Source: Sarea resinae
Lineage: Eukaryota
Direction of reading: 5' to 3'
Length of the DNA: 50,496 nucleotides
NCBI GenBank assembly: GCA_026026165.1
Contig: JAPEUD010000033.1
Coordinates: 186,001 to 236,496 of the forward strand
The notes beneath the pieces are model-generated. The model saw only the letters and a list, made by a program, of their open reading frames with translations, searched no databases and was not told where the DNA came from. Every line of letters starts with the position of its first letter. Within the stretch, counting starts at the first letter, position 1. Positions 1-13,577 of this stretch are shown in pieces. A program made the position numbers and the translations under genes.

Positions 1-270
1 GCTGTCGTTGTAACTTTCTTCGCTCTCTTCTTCTCTCCCTCGGTGTCTTCTTCTCTTCCTTACTATCCCCTACTCTTCCCTCCCGTTCCCTACTCTCATC
101 TTACCTACCTCCCAATCTATCAAACAACCAAACATTCACGCATACAAGTCACACACAAACCCCGCCTCCCCCGAGCGAACAAGCGAATAAGCAAGATAAA
201 CAAGCAAGATGAACAAGCAAGCAAGTCTACCAGCGAGTCTATCAACGAGTGAGCCACTCACTTCGTATCC

Positions 271-276
271 CTCTCT

Positions 277-308
<32 letters not shown>

Positions 309-597
309 CTACCAAATTTAGATAGGATACGATAAGATAAGATAAGACACAATTACAAGTCCCAAATGCCAAATGATATCAGATCAAATCGAATCAAACC
401 AGATCCAACCAGATTCAATGAACGAGACCTGAGACATGAGACGTGAGACACTGAGACTATGATGTGAGACTATGATGTGAGACTCGGACTGAGACACTGA
501 GACACTGAGACAGAAGCGACGGTGATAGTGATGCAACCAATAGACTAGAGTACCCTATTCAACTAGTTACACATAACCGACCGACCGACCGACCGAC
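271..597. repeat. Microsatellite/minisatellite cluster downstream of OSH3: (CT)n, (AGATA)n, TGAGAC-based array, (CCGA)n
   Basis: (CT)n ~271-310, (agata)n ~330-346, repeated tgagac units ~430-510 and (ccga)n ~578-597 read directly. Confidence 0.9.
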
Positions 598-765
598 TAG
601 AAGCGTGGGCCCGCAGATGAATGAAAAGACAGACGGAGAGGGAGGGAGAGGGAGAGAGGGAGAAAGAAGGGAGAGAGGGAGAAAGAAGGGAGGAGGGAGA
701 GACAGAAAAAGGCAACCGGAAAAAGGAAACCATAGTGGGTTGGGGGGGGGAGCGAAAACAACGGC

Positions 766-3700
766 TCAGCATCCACAGGCCTCGTAATCAAAGACCGGAA
801 CCACGTCCTCCCACGCGCCCGAAACAGCACCACTTTTCTCTCCGCTCTTCTCCCCTCTATCCCTTTCCCTTTCCCTCTTGTCCCTTCCCGAACCCGGCGT
901 CGCGGCTGCCGCCGCCGCCTTCTCTCTGACATCCCAATACCCGCCTCCCTCGCGCAACTGCCACACCTCCTCGCCGCCACCACCAGCACCACCGACCTCC
1001 TTCCGGACGAACCAGCGAGGCGACCACGTCTCGCCACTGTCCTCCATCTGGCGCCGCCGCACCCTCTGCGCCTCCTCGAGCCGATGTTTCAGCTCCTCGG
1101 CCCGGTCGAGATGGCCCTGCTCGGCGGCGCGCTGATCCGGCCGCAGCCGCGAGTCCGAGGGGGGCAGCACGCCGCGCTCCAAGGGCGTGATCTCGTTCAG
1201 CGTCGCCGTGAAAGCCGTGAACCCGTAGCGGGCGGGCGCGTTCTCGACGAGGGGGCCCGTCTCCCAGAGGCGCGGGCCCGTCTCGGCGCCGCTACCGTGC
1301 GTCGTCAGCGCGAGATGCGAGGTCCATTTGCCCGCGAGGCCGAGCGGGTATTCGGCGCCGTCGGGCGCGTAGGCCGCGACGACGACGTCCTCGGACCGGC
1401 CCGAGAACATGCCGGCGGCCTTGAAGGTCGCGATGGCTTTCTCGCCCGTCGTCTCGTTGACGACCGTCATGCTGCCGACGGGCTCGATGTATTTCTCGCC
1501 CGCCAGGATGTTGCGCAGGAAGCTGGTCGCCCCGTTCCACGAGTAATGGTCGCCCGACCCGTGTAGGGCGACCCGCGCCCGGCCCTCGGTGATGAGCTCG
1601 ACCGACTTGCCCCAGAACTTCTGCGTCGGCGTCGGCGACTGCAGCATGCTCCAGTCCTTGGACTCGGCCGCGCACGCGAGGATCACGGGCCGATGGCACA
1701 CCTTTTCCGCCACGAATCGAAAGCCGCGGTCTTCGCGGACCAGCTCGTACGTCTCGCCGAGCATGGGATTGAAGGGTTTGCGGATGGCGCGGTCTTTGAC
1801 GCGCGCGACCGAGTAGTACGAGATGGCAAAGGCGGCGATGTGGAGGAGGCGAAGGCCGTCTTTGGGCGAGGCGGCGACGGCGGCGTCGAGGACGGATGTG
1901 TATTCCATGTGCTCAGCTGCACGTTGGAGCAGGGACAGAGGCTCGTTCGAGGATACCGGCATGGCCAGCGTCGAGAGGTCTTTGCCGACGTTTTTGCGGA
2001 GGAAGCCGATCAGACTTGGAGGGAGGGTCGTGGCGGCTGGTACGGTGGTACGGCGGGAGACGGGAGGCTGAGGAAGAGGAGAGAGGGATTTGGGCCTGGG
2101 CGGAAAGGGGGAGGCCGAGCCCAGAAGATCTGCCGACGGTCTTCCCCTAACGCTCTCCGTTCCTTCGCCGTCACTACCTGACGAATCATCGTCATCCGCC
2201 ACTTCGTCCGCGCTTGCTTCGTAATCGCTTCCAGCACGAATCTTCAGCAGTTGAGAAGCCTCGGCGTCTCCGACTTCAGCGTCAAAGAATTCCTGCGAGG
2301 ACGTCGACTCGATGCTATATCTCGAGGAAACCTGGCTAAGCTCTGGCATCCGCCTTCGCTTGCTCGTAGAAAGTAGTTTCGAAAATTCCGAGATGACGGA
2401 ATTGAGATCGTTAAGTATAGCCATACAACGATCGTGCACGTCACTTTCTGGTTTGTACTGTCCCGGCACTTGTAGCGTATTAGATGATGAGCCATTGGAT
2501 TGCGGCATAGGAGGTGAAGAAATGCCCGGCTGAGTGCTGCGTCGGGAAAGATTAGGAGGGGCATTGCCGTTGCTCAGTTTGCGTTTCCAGAATGATTGTC
2601 TCCCGTCATCTCTAGCACCATCCATCGAAACAGCGTCTGCATTGTCTGATATTGCCATTGTATCAATCCCCAACCCAGTTGGCGACGTATATTTCGGATC
2701 CGTGTCTTTGGCCAGTCGACGAACCGCATCCCTTGTCCCAGCCACTCGACTGACGAGCGTCTCGACTTGCGACCATTCCTTCTCGTCGGCGATCTTGTGC
2801 GCTGGCGACACGGACGCAGGGACTCCCGCCTGAGATGGAGCACCTGACGCATTTGCAGCAGAGCTTGAAGCCTGTTCTAACGCAAGCCTCCACCCCTCAA
2901 AATCCTTTTGGCTGTTGGCCTTGAGGTGCCATACTTCGGCGCCCGAGTCGACGGATATCTCTCTGGTCTGCTCGTTGGCACCGATAGCCGCCAACGCCAA
3001 GGGTATGGATCCCCGCAGAGCGGAAGAGTGATGATTGTGGTAATACGACAGAGTACATGAAGTAAAATCCAGCGAGAAGAACCTTTTCGCAAATCCTTGA
3101 TGCCTTTTGCGCCTCCGCTTCTGCAGGATGCCAGTGTAGAAGCCCGGCGGAGACGCTTGATTGTGTGATGAGCAAGGCCGACGTTGCGATGTGGTATCGC
3201 TGTTGGCCAAGGTATCCGAAGAATCATTTGCCGGCCCCAGTCGGGGGCTGCGTTTGCCTGCCAAAGCGTTGGCGTTTTCAGCTGCCCCGGCCTGAAGGTG
3301 ATGGATATGATGGGTCGATTGTGGAGGGGCGTTCGTCGGATAGGTCAGAAGAATGAAGGTGACCGTCTTTGAGGTCCCCTTGGAAAAGGTGTTGTCGAAA
3401 ACTAGCGCATACATGCCCGTGCCGTCAGCGGGGACGTCGTAGTGACCAGTCGACACCTTGGCGGCTTCGCATTTCCCCACCCATGATACCAACTTGTATC
3501 CGATGTTCTGTAATTTGTCCTGCACGGAAGCAGATGCGTTTCGCGTCGGAGATGGGGCGCGAGCTTTATTGGAGGCCAATCGTGGCGATTCGGAAGCCTC
3601 GAAGGTCGAGAGATTCGGGGTCAGACTGTTGCCGGTTCCGGGATGCTTGAACAGGCCAAAGTTGATCGACTTCTTGTGGGGCTGGATGCTCCAGGAGATG

Positions 3701-3890
3701 GTGTGTCCGGCAGACACGTTGACCCATCGCACGAGATAAGACTGAAGTCATCCAAGGTTAGTCTGGAACGTCACGACGGCGCACCTCTTGGATGCGTGCA
3801 GGAAGGTGAGGGCGAGCGACACGGTGTGATTTGAGGGGAGTAGGTCGGTGATACCTTGCTGCGGATCTCCAGCTGCTCCAGTCCGGCCAT
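766..3890 (-). CDS. OSH3: Oxysterol-binding protein homologue with GOLD, PH and ORD domains (~1003 aa)
   Basis: Exon1 3890-3855 (MAGLEQLEIRSK); intron GTATCA..CTAAC..CAG; exon2 3741-766. GOLD motif YALVFDNTFSK, PH motif GILQKRRRKRHQGFAKRFF, FFAT EFFDAE, ORD motifs KPFNPMLGETYE, EKVCHRP and PSDSRLRPD. Confidence 0.95.
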
Positions 3891-5526
3891 GGCTGGTCGT
3901 TGTGGTCGTAGTCAGAAAGACGAACAGGTCCCGCAAGACGAGGCAAGCGCACCATCAGACGGCGCCTGTGGGTTTGTGCGCGATGAGGGGCGAGGTTCGA
4001 CGTTTGAGGTTTGAGGCTCGAGGTTCGACGTTCGACGATGGGGAGGAGATGCCCAACAAACAGTCAAGGCGGTCAGCAGCCAACAGGTGAGCAGCCGATG
4101 ATGGTGTATGTAGTGGCAGTGGCAGAGCCGCAGAGGGGTGAAAGAGCTGAACCCTGACCTGCCTAGTACTTCGTACGTGACTACTCCGTAGTATCTCATT
4201 GTACCTGAAACTCCTGACGATCCTCAAATCAGGCCCAGGCACTCCTTCACGATCAACGGATATCACGTATATCAGACATTATCTACATCCCATGGCTTTT
4301 GTGTAATAGCAAGCAGATCCGAGGACAGGGCTCCAGGGCTATTCGAGAGACCCTGCTGCAGCATCTCGGTACCCGTCCATGGATGTGCCCCGCCCAGCCA
4401 CCACACCAGGCTGAGCCACAATAGAGTACCACCTACAAAGTAGACATACGGAGTAGTCATGCGGCACGAATCACGTGTAGAGCTGATGCACGAGAAGCCG
4501 GCAGGAGAGGAGAGGAGAGGAGAGGGGAGGAGAGGAGAGGAGAATGTGATGGGTCGTTGAGGACAAACGGGCCACATGTGCATGCCGCGGTCGGTATACG
4601 GATCACTCATGGTCTCCAGCGTTGTCCTGAGCTATAGAGAGAACTTCCGGTACTCGTATTGGTGCTCCGTACTCTCCACTGCTCCGGACGGGGCTACTCC
4701 GCCCCGTACTCGACTCTACAGGACGCGGCATCGTCCCGATCCGCCCTTCCCTTCCCTTCCCTTCCCTTCCCTTTCCCCCCCGGGGCATTCCACGCAAGTC
4801 ATCCGTGGATCCTGTTCGAGATCTACGAGCCCACTCCGCTGCATCTCCACTCCACCCCTGTCCTCTTGCGCCCTGGTCCCCCTCCCCTGTTCCTGGCACG
4901 ATGCCACTCCGCGTTTATCCGTAGGCGGACTTGAGCTCTCAACACCAAGAGTCTCCATGTCGTTATTACTCGGGTCCCTGAAGAGTGCCAAGCCATGTTA
5001 TGTTGATCGAGCTCGTAGATGAATGTTCCGCAGCGCCCCTTTCCCTGGATCCGTCTGTTCGAGTCTGCTCGACTCAGCAGAGGTAATGCCATATCACCGT
5101 CGATCGGACGGGAAGACCTTCAGCTGGGGTACTCCTAATAGATCAATACCCCTGACCTCTCATCGGCAGCCCGAACATGCTCGAGACCCCGACAATGAAT
5201 GACCGCTTTTGGTCCTGGGCCCATAGGCAAGGAAGGACAGGCTGTGCCTGCTACAGGGGTCGGGCGAATCGTTTCTCCACCATCTCTCCGACATCACCCC
5301 GACGGTCTAGAAGCCCAAACCGGCCCCAAACGCGGGCCCCTGCTGTTTGCGGGGTGATTGCTCGTTCGAGACAGCGTGCATCACAAAAACGTTCATGTCG
5401 CCTTCTGTTGCTGCTACTGTTGCTGCTCCTGTGTTGTTGTTGTCGTAAAGATCAGTTCAGATCTCTCAGCTGCACCGGTATTCAAGCACGCTCTATCTAG
5501 ACAAATTATATCCACGCAAAGAAACC

Positions 5527-6736
5527 ATGTCGCTTGCTCTCAAAGGGTATGTAAAATGGGAATGAAGAGAGACCAACCCCTTTGTCCCCCTCCTCCTCTC
5601 GAAGCACCTCCCCCTTCTAATCCTTCCAACAAAATGCTGTACCAACCAGTCCATCTCTGACAATGCTGCTGTCCCCAGAGTCGCGTTCGTCAGCGGTGCA
5701 GCGGGCGCCATCGGGCGGGCTGCCGTGCAACAATTCGCACGAGACGGCTGCACGCGAGTGGCAGCATTAGACGTCTCCGAGGCGGGACTCAAAGAGACGG
5801 CAGATGTGGTGCGGGCCGAATTCCCCGCGGTCGAGTTCCTGCCGCTGGTCGCCAACATCAGCGTCGAGGCGGATGTGGCGCGCGTGTTCGATGAGATCAA
5901 GGCGCGCTTCGGACGGCTGGATTACGCCGTCAACAATGCGGCGGTGGCCGGCCCGTTGACGCTGACGAGCGAGACGGACGACGTGGCGGGCTTGGAGAGG
6001 GTCATGCAGGTCAATCTCAAGGGCAGCTGGATGTGCCAGAGAGCCGAGTTGAGGATCATGGAGAAGCAGGAGCCGCTGCTGCCGGCGGCTGAGTACGTCT
6101 CTCTCGTTGCGTTTCCCAGAAGTTTCGCTGGAGATCCCAAAGAATACAATGCGTCATGAGCAACGCTGATACGATGTGCGCTCTCTTGCAGCGGCCGAGG
6201 CGTCACCCGTGGCTCCATCATCAACGTCTCCTCGATCCTCGGAATCACGTCAATGCCTCAGAACGGTCCATACATCATGACGAAGCACGGCCTGATCGGC
6301 ATGTCGAAGACAGACGCCATCGATTATGCAAAACTGAAGATCCGCGTCAACACCATCTGTCCTGGGTAGCTTTCCCCTCTATCTCCTCTTTCCCATTCTT
6401 TCTCTTCTCCCTCCTCTCTTCTCCCTCATCCCCATATCGTCTCCTCGACCATTCACTAACAGCAGCGTATTCCAGCTTCGTCGAGACGCCCATCCTAACC
6501 GACGCAATCAGGGGTCTCGTAAGTCTCATCCCTTTCCCTCCCCCCCTCCATGATTCATCCCAACCTAACATCCCCTTTCCCCCACCCAGCTCGCGCCCAA
6601 CATCCAAAAGACACCGCTCGGCCGCCTCGCCAACCCGGAGGAGGTCGCCGATAGCATCGCATTCCTGGCCTCGTCGCGCGCCAGCTACATCACCGGCTCG
6701 ACGCTCGTCGTTGACGGCGGCTATACCGCCCATTAG
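5527..6736 (+). CDS. Classical short-chain dehydrogenase/reductase (~265 aa, 5 exons)
   Basis: Exons 5527-5546, 5679-6092, 6192-6365, 6476-6518, 6590-6736 join in frame. SGAAGAIG cofactor motif, VNNAA, INVSS, catalytic YIMTK, C-terminal [14 protein letters not shown]. Confidence 0.92.
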
Positions 6737-7139
6737 ACTTCCCAATCCGTTTTTTTGAACCTCGTTGGTTTTGGCGCGGACTTGCTTGGGAAGGCAGAGC
6801 AGGGTATGGCACGGCAGGGCATGGCACGGCTCGGCTCGGCTCGGCTCGGCTTAGCCTGCTCAGGGAAAGAAGTCGGGCCAAGAGGACTGGAGGGGGTAGG
6901 GGGAAGGAGAAGGAGGAGGGGGTAGCTTTTTTCCCTCTTATTCCGTCAATCAATGAGAACAGCGGACCGGAAAATCCGGTGCGCATTTGTTAGTTTGTCT
7001 GTTTGTTGATACCTCCCGTGTGTCTGTCTCTCGTCTCGTCTGAGTCGTCTCCTGCTATATCCATCAAGCAATTAATCCATTCTAGCCACCAGCCACCCAA
7101 AAAATTGAAACCAAAGTTATAGATCTGATCTCCCCATCG

Positions 7140-8000
7140 TGTTTGTATTAGACGAATAAATAGTTGGGTGTAGGAGAGAGATACAATGCCAAAGTAAGGT
7201 GAGTAAGAAGTTGTATTTAGCCTATGGCCTTGAATTGTAGGTATAAGTGAGTAAGCCAGTGAGTGAGTAAGCGAATATAAAAGTGATCAGGTCGCCTCCT
7301 TAGTCTCCAGGGTAGGATGATAGAGGTCCACCATGTATAATACTCACTGCACTATCTGGTAAATCTTGTTCCCCTAAGTTTTACTTACTCACTTGTAACA
7401 ATACCAGCATGTAAATGTAAGGTAGAAGCTAACAATTTCTCTACCTACTAGCACAGCTCTTCCTAAGTCTTAAGATAATAGTGCTAGGTAGGCCTTTTAG
7501 TACCTTACTTAGTAGTGCTTTTATAACTATATGACTCTCTTATTAAATTTTCTATTAGTGCTAGCCTAGGCTCGACAATAGACATACAGGTAGGTAGGTT
7601 TAGATATAATTATACCTACCTAATTAAGGTTTCTTGTACGCAGTAGAGAGTAGGGGGCAGGGTTAACACTTTAGAAGTAAAGGTGTAGAGTAGGTAGAGT
7701 GAACTTTCTGTAAAGTATATAGCTCGCCCGCGCGGTTTTAGGAATGCGAAGTTATATATCTGTTTATTATATCCTGTTTTGTAGCTTTTATCTGTAAGTC
7801 TATACTTGAGGTATATTTTAAGGAATATATATTTTCATAGTCAGTGGCTTGCTGCCTTGGCTTTGAGAGTTAGTGATGCTGTAGAGCAGAGCAGAGCATG
7901 ATTAGAGGGCTGGTTTGATTGATTTAGAGATAGTGTAGTTGTGTTGGAGAGTTATTCGCTGTTTAAAAGAAATTTAAGTGCTGGTAATAAGTAAGTGTAG
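7140..8000. other. AT-rich, TpA-rich tract with a RIP-like signature (decayed repeat or gene copy)
   Basis: Abrupt drop in GC, dense TA/TAG/CTA, no ORF of 60 aa or more in the track. Boundaries approximate; no TE domain recognisable. Confidence 0.6.
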
Positions 8001-8465
8001 CACAAGGATTATCGAAACGCAGGTACGAGACGAGACGAGACGAGACGAGACGAGACAAGACCAGGCGAGACGACATGATCCGCTACGACTAGGTGGTTGG
8101 TAGTGAATGAGGTCTCAGGTCAATGAAGCCATGACTGAGTGGTTGCTTTGGGGCCTGAAAGGATGGACAAGATCACGAACACAGCAAATGGATGTGAAGA
8201 GTGATGGTAGGGGGAATTTATCCATCTTTCATTGGTTTTGCGTATGGTCTCCCTTAGCTATAGGACATTTCATATAACCAGGCCCCTCGGATTGCTCCCG
8301 GCTTGCTTCCGAGGCATATCTATCTCTCCCTTGAGAGAAGATCAATCAAGTATATAATTCATACATCGTAAAAAGGCGCCCTGTCGCCCGTGGCATGCCC
8401 TTTCCCTTTCCCTTCCCGCTCCCGAAATTTCCCACGCACCATTATCGCTCCAAGGCCAATCTAAC

Positions 8466-9164
8466 CTAAAACTCAGCGGCAGCCTTGGGGTCGATGGTGT
8501 TGGTGAAGTCGGCCTTCTGGGTCGCCATGTTGATGGGGAAGGAAACGTGCTCGTGGACGACCTGCCACTTGCCGTCGGTCTTCTTCAGCACGTCCGTGAG
8601 CCGGAACGAGGTGTCGAATTTCTTGCCGTCGGCGGCCGTGCCCCAGGTGTGCTGGTACATGTGCGAGAAGCCGAACGTGGGCGAGCACGCCGTCACCTCG
8701 AGGTCCTTCCACGCCATCTTGCCGTCCGCGATGTACGGGAAGATCTCGTCAAAGTGCGAGCCGAATTGGCCGCGCGTCGAGTTGCCGAACATGTCGAATG
8801 AGACCGTCTGGTCGGCGTTGTAGTAGTCGCGGCACCCCTTGAGCCCGTTGGGCGCGTCCGCTAGTGACTCGTGGTTCCAGTAGTGTAGCCATTTCTTGTG
8901 CACGGCGAGGATCTCCTCTTCGTATTGCTTGAGCGCCGGGTCGTGGTACTGATGCATGTCAGTTTGTTACTTGTTCTTGTTGGCGGGTTGACGGCGAAAA
9001 AATGAAAGGCACATACGTTGGCGGGGGGGAAGGAGAGGAACTCCATGACCTTGTCGATGTTCTCATATTGAGCCTGGGAGACGGAAAGTCAGTTTCAGAG
9101 TCCAATGACTTGAAGCCTTGCCGAAGCTCACAGCGTCTTGAACCCATCCCTTTGGCAGTGTCAT
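8466..9164 (-). CDS. SnoaL-like / NTF2-fold (DUF4440, ketosteroid-isomerase-like) protein (~190 aa, 3 exons)
   Basis: Exons 9164-9132 (MTLPKGWVQDA), 9073-9017, 8948-8466, with phase-0 GT..CTGAC..CAG introns. C-terminal RLTDVLKKTDGKWQVVHEHVSFP is typical of SnoaL_3/DUF4440; strong GC3 bias. Confidence 0.85.
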
Positions 9165-12100
9165 CTTGGCAGTTTGGTTTTATTTCGGTCGAAGATATTA
9201 TGGGTTTGGTGATGGATGGATGGATGTGAATTTTGATGATTTGCACTTCTGAATGTGATATCTAGTGAAATGAGGAGCGGACGAGGTTCAGTCTTAATAT
9301 AAAGAAAACATTCGACAGCCACGGCCATGGCCCATAGTGCGCCCCTAATCGTCCGCGGATCCTGGCGACCCAGAACTCCACAGAGCATCAATCGGACAAA
9401 TGTGCCAAGCTCCCAGACGCCAAACCGCCCACGGGGTAGCTTATCTGATGCTGGGGCCAAGCAATATCAACAACGCCAAGTCGGGAGCAGCATCCCTTAC
9501 GAAACCAAAATCATTGACGTTAGGAAGATGAAAGAAGCTATCGAGAAGAAAAGATCTGCGGGCATGCATAAGTGCCTGGAAATTGGGACGCAAATTGGAA
9601 CCTCAGTATCACTCCGTGCCCGCATGTAATGCTCCGAATGGTGAATCGCCGTGGTGGTGGTGAGGGGCGATTGACGTCGATCATGGAGCTTGATCTCCAC
9701 TGCGCATTGATCATCAATCAACAATCGGCCAGGAAGACGCGTGGGAGCCGAGTAAGGTTGGCTCTAGAGTGTGGTCGTTACGGGTTACCCGGTCTGAAGA
9801 TATTCCGATATCGAGACGACCTTCCCCTTCAATCTTCAATGCTCAACGGCAATCATCTAACCTCAATCTAGACTTTCGATGGCAGTGTTACAACACCCTA
9901 TCACGGACGCAGACGGGCATTAGCCTCTGTATGATATTCAGCCCTAAGTCCCTACGCTCAAAGGTAATGGCTTTGTCAGGGCTGACGTGAGTGTGTACGG
10001 CCGTTGCGGTGCAGCTACACTCTATGATGCACAACTTATCAAGCAGCGTACCTTTCGCCTTTCCTGATAAGAGTAAAGCCGGCACGATACCGCAGCCAAG
10101 GTCTCGACTTTGGCCGGGACTAAAGCCGCCGCTATCGGAAAGCAAAGCTTCTTTTTCCTCTCTCTCCTATCATTCGCTCTCACATTTACCCGTACCTTGC
10201 AAGCTCTGGCCTGGAGATACTAGACTGAGACTCTGACCCTGTTTGCGGGACGCGAACGCAATGTTGTTGTCTGCGTTGCTTTCTATTTCCTACGTAATCT
10301 TCTGTCAGTATGCATCATTCCGACCCGATGGCCGTTTCAACGGTCCGAAGATAGCCCGCCCCCTGTCCTGAATCTCGGGTTCTCAGGAGGTCATGCATGT
10401 GCTACGCAGGATCACTGGCCTATTTGCCAATTGGACTGTGACATTTACTCGAGGCCTATTGCGTTTCAGAGCTTCACTCTGAGGTACTCTACGGAGTAGA
10501 GGGTTTTGAGCGATATTGATGTCGTTCCCTTCTGGGCAAATGTTCCCCTCTCGCGCCAAGGATACACGTGAGAATTGTCAACCTTGCGGTTCAAGCTCAT
10601 CTGTATGCTTTCAGCACTCATATCATGTCCCTTCGGGGCTGTTTGGCCACCTTGATTATTAAAGTCATGCATGGCCGTATTGCGGCTCGTCGGGAAAAGC
10701 ATCCTCTTACCTTGGTCTGCCGGCAACCTCTTGTGCATGATTATCAAAATGTATAGCGAATGCCGTCAGCTTCCTTGGACGTCATTGGACCTCCAAGGCC
10801 AAGTGCAATACTTGTGTCGGGAATCAGTGGGCAGCTAATTCCGAATCTTGACGATTACCATCAGCTATGATCGACGAGAGACGCTTGTGAGGTCACAAAG
10901 GAACCCTCACCAGGCAGAAGCAGTCATTCTCGGCTTTGACTTATGTGAGCATTTTCCGGAACGAACCGAGGCCACATGGATCCAGATAGAGTATCTACGA
11001 CAACCCTGAAACAAAATAGAAACAGCGCCTACAAGATGATTAATCGCCTACATACTATGCTCCGACGGCAAGTTTACTCATAGTAGGGCCCAAACACGCA
11101 CACGACTGTCGGAACAGGGAGACCCCTGGACGGATAAGCTGGTGAACGGTCATGAAGCCTTGCAGGGAGCTCAATTTCTCAGTATTAACGATTCAAGAGC
11201 CTCTGTGGCCGCTGGCTCCCGGGACCCCACTCCCCCACTCTTCCCTCATCGGCTCTTCTGCAGATACGACGGCATTGCTGATGATCCCAGGACGGACTAC
11301 TCCGGAGTAAACGTGCGATGCCTGCGCGCCGCAAATAGCTGCAGATCCACGCCTCGATATCAGATGTGATATATGATCCTCAAAAAACGACCACTCGATC
11401 TGCATAGCATGCGCAAGGCGGTTCCGACAAAGCTCGTGGCGACCCTTCTGGATTCGGAGCTGATAAGGCGCAGAACGTCTCCATGCTGATGCCTTATCTC
11501 CTCGTACGTACGTGCTGGCTGTATGTATCTCTCAAGTACTCTCAAGTCGAGACAGCGACGCGTCCAGGCAAGCATCTATTGAGCTCTCATCGCAGCCGTT
11601 TCCAATGGCCGTGCATGCATGAGTTCGGTTTTCCGAGATCAGTCCCATCGATGGCGTTCTCACGCGCTGAGTCAGTCGAGCAGAAAGAGCAGGCGTTCCG
11701 TCCATCTTTGTCCGCCGAGCCTTGTTCAATCCCCATGCGTGCATGAGTTCGGCTTTCTGGATCTCGTCCACGGCGGACGACCTCCACATGGCGCGCGAGT
11801 CAAGCGATCGCAGATGGTTCTGAGTTGCGGGTCTGGTTCTCGACTCGGAGGTAGACGCCGTCGCTCTCGGCCGACGGGGCTGCTAATCCCCCGCACAGCC
11901 GCACCTTTCTGCTGGAGTCTGCAGCTCGAGGGTGATAGCTATGAGGGGTTTTTCTTTCCCGCTTCTGCGTCGAGGGTTCGGCGCTTACTGGATACGAACG
12001 TGTGATATTGGACAGAGCATCGACATCTATTTGTCATTATCCTCGATGCTGTTTTGTTTGGAGATGCAGCGCGGAAAGAGCTCTTCAGCAGAGAAAAACG

Positions 12101-12469
12101 ACTCGGAATGAGTCCGTACGCTTCACGTCTGTTTATCCATGGATTGAGTTGAGCTCAATGTATGTCAGCCAAAGAGGCCACCGAGGCTCTGCAATCATGA
12201 CTTCAAGTTGTTTGAATCACTCTTATCTGTTCGCGTACTGTAAAGAGGTGTGAAGATGGAAATACATCTACAGCACCCACCCACCCACACACACACACAT
12301 ACACATACACAGCCTAAAAGAAAACCCCCTTCTAGTAGCGTTTCACATGTCGTGTCTCTGACAGTTGACTGTCTCCCCGCTCACTACCTTACTATTACTA
12401 TCCTTTCGCCGCCTTCGCCGCCGTCAATCTATCTGTCTTCCTCTCTTTCTTCTCTGTCGCCCTAACCAT

Positions 12470-12799
12470 CTAATCAGATACTCTCTGCCTAGCCCACCTC
12501 TAACTCTCTCATTCCTCTTCTGTAATCCCTTCAAGTCTATCTTATCCCCTCTACCTCTATCTGCTACTCTCTCTCCTCTCTCTATAAAATATGCTATACA
12601 TACAGCATTCTCTAACCTAAGATTCTATTATCTACCTTGATCTTCGATCTCTCTATTAGTCTATCTATCTACATCTCTATAACTGTTTTTAGAATAGACG
12701 ACTTTCTATAGGAACCTTATCTGCCTCCTTGACAGAGAAATATTATTATTTAGTTATTCTTTAGTCTGTAAGGTAGCTTTAGTAGGTGTTGTAATCTTC

Positions 12800-12833
<34 letters not shown>

Positions 12834-13100
12834 CACTACTACTTTATAGGAATTACATTTTTCTATGTTTTCTTTCTTCTTCTTCTTCTTCTTCTAGTAG
12901 TAATTTCTCTATCTGTGTAAAAACCTACCTCTCTCTCTATATATCTAAAGTATACCTAAAATAACATAACATAGTAAATTGATACGATACTACACTACAT
13001 TAATAGCTACTAGAACTCTCTCTCTCTCTCTTTCTCTCCAAGATATAATTTCAACGATATATATATATCCTCCATATACTCTACTCCACTCCACTCTAGA
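12470..13100. other. Second RIP-like AT/TpA-rich tract, containing (CTA)n and (TTC)n
   Basis: TA-dense low-GC sequence; (cta)n ~12800-12843; boundaries approximate. Confidence 0.55.
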
Positions 13101-13141
13101 TGACAGGTAGAAATAGACCAAGGTACCTTATCTATAAGAAG

Positions 13142-13185
<44 letters not shown>

Positions 13186-13545
13186 CACACACACATACAC
13201 ACACACACACACACACAGAATACGTACGAGGTACGAGCTTTCATACGAGGTACTTCGTACTTGTACCAAAACAGGAACACCCGCCGCCCCAATAACCCCC
13301 CAACCAAAAACCCCCGAGACCCCGGACCCTGCCCCCCTTGGCCCCCCTCCTTGCCCCCTGGACCCTGGGGCCCTGGACCCTGGGGCCCCTGGGGACCTGA
13401 GTACATGTGCCTGAAAATGCATTGCGTGGCATGGCATGCAGATTTGGCCAGATCAATGGGCAGGCAGGCGGGCAGATTGGCACCATGCAGAAAGAGTGAT
13501 GCAGACGGTGCGGTGGCTGGCCCCGGCCCCGGCCCCGGCCCCATG

Positions 13546-13577
<32 letters not shown>

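Noticed and set aside
878..2181. Numerous 60-160 aa ORFs antisense or out of frame to OSH3 (similar cases in SDR2, RRP4, TOM70 and UPS1)
   Set aside because: Shadow ORFs expected from high GC3 in real genes; no motifs
7021..8057. (GTCTC)n at ~7021-7051 and (GAGAC)n at ~8026-8057 as terminal inverted repeats of a MITE around the AT-rich tract
   Set aside because: Simple repeats common in this genome; similarity does not extend and no target-site duplication is seen
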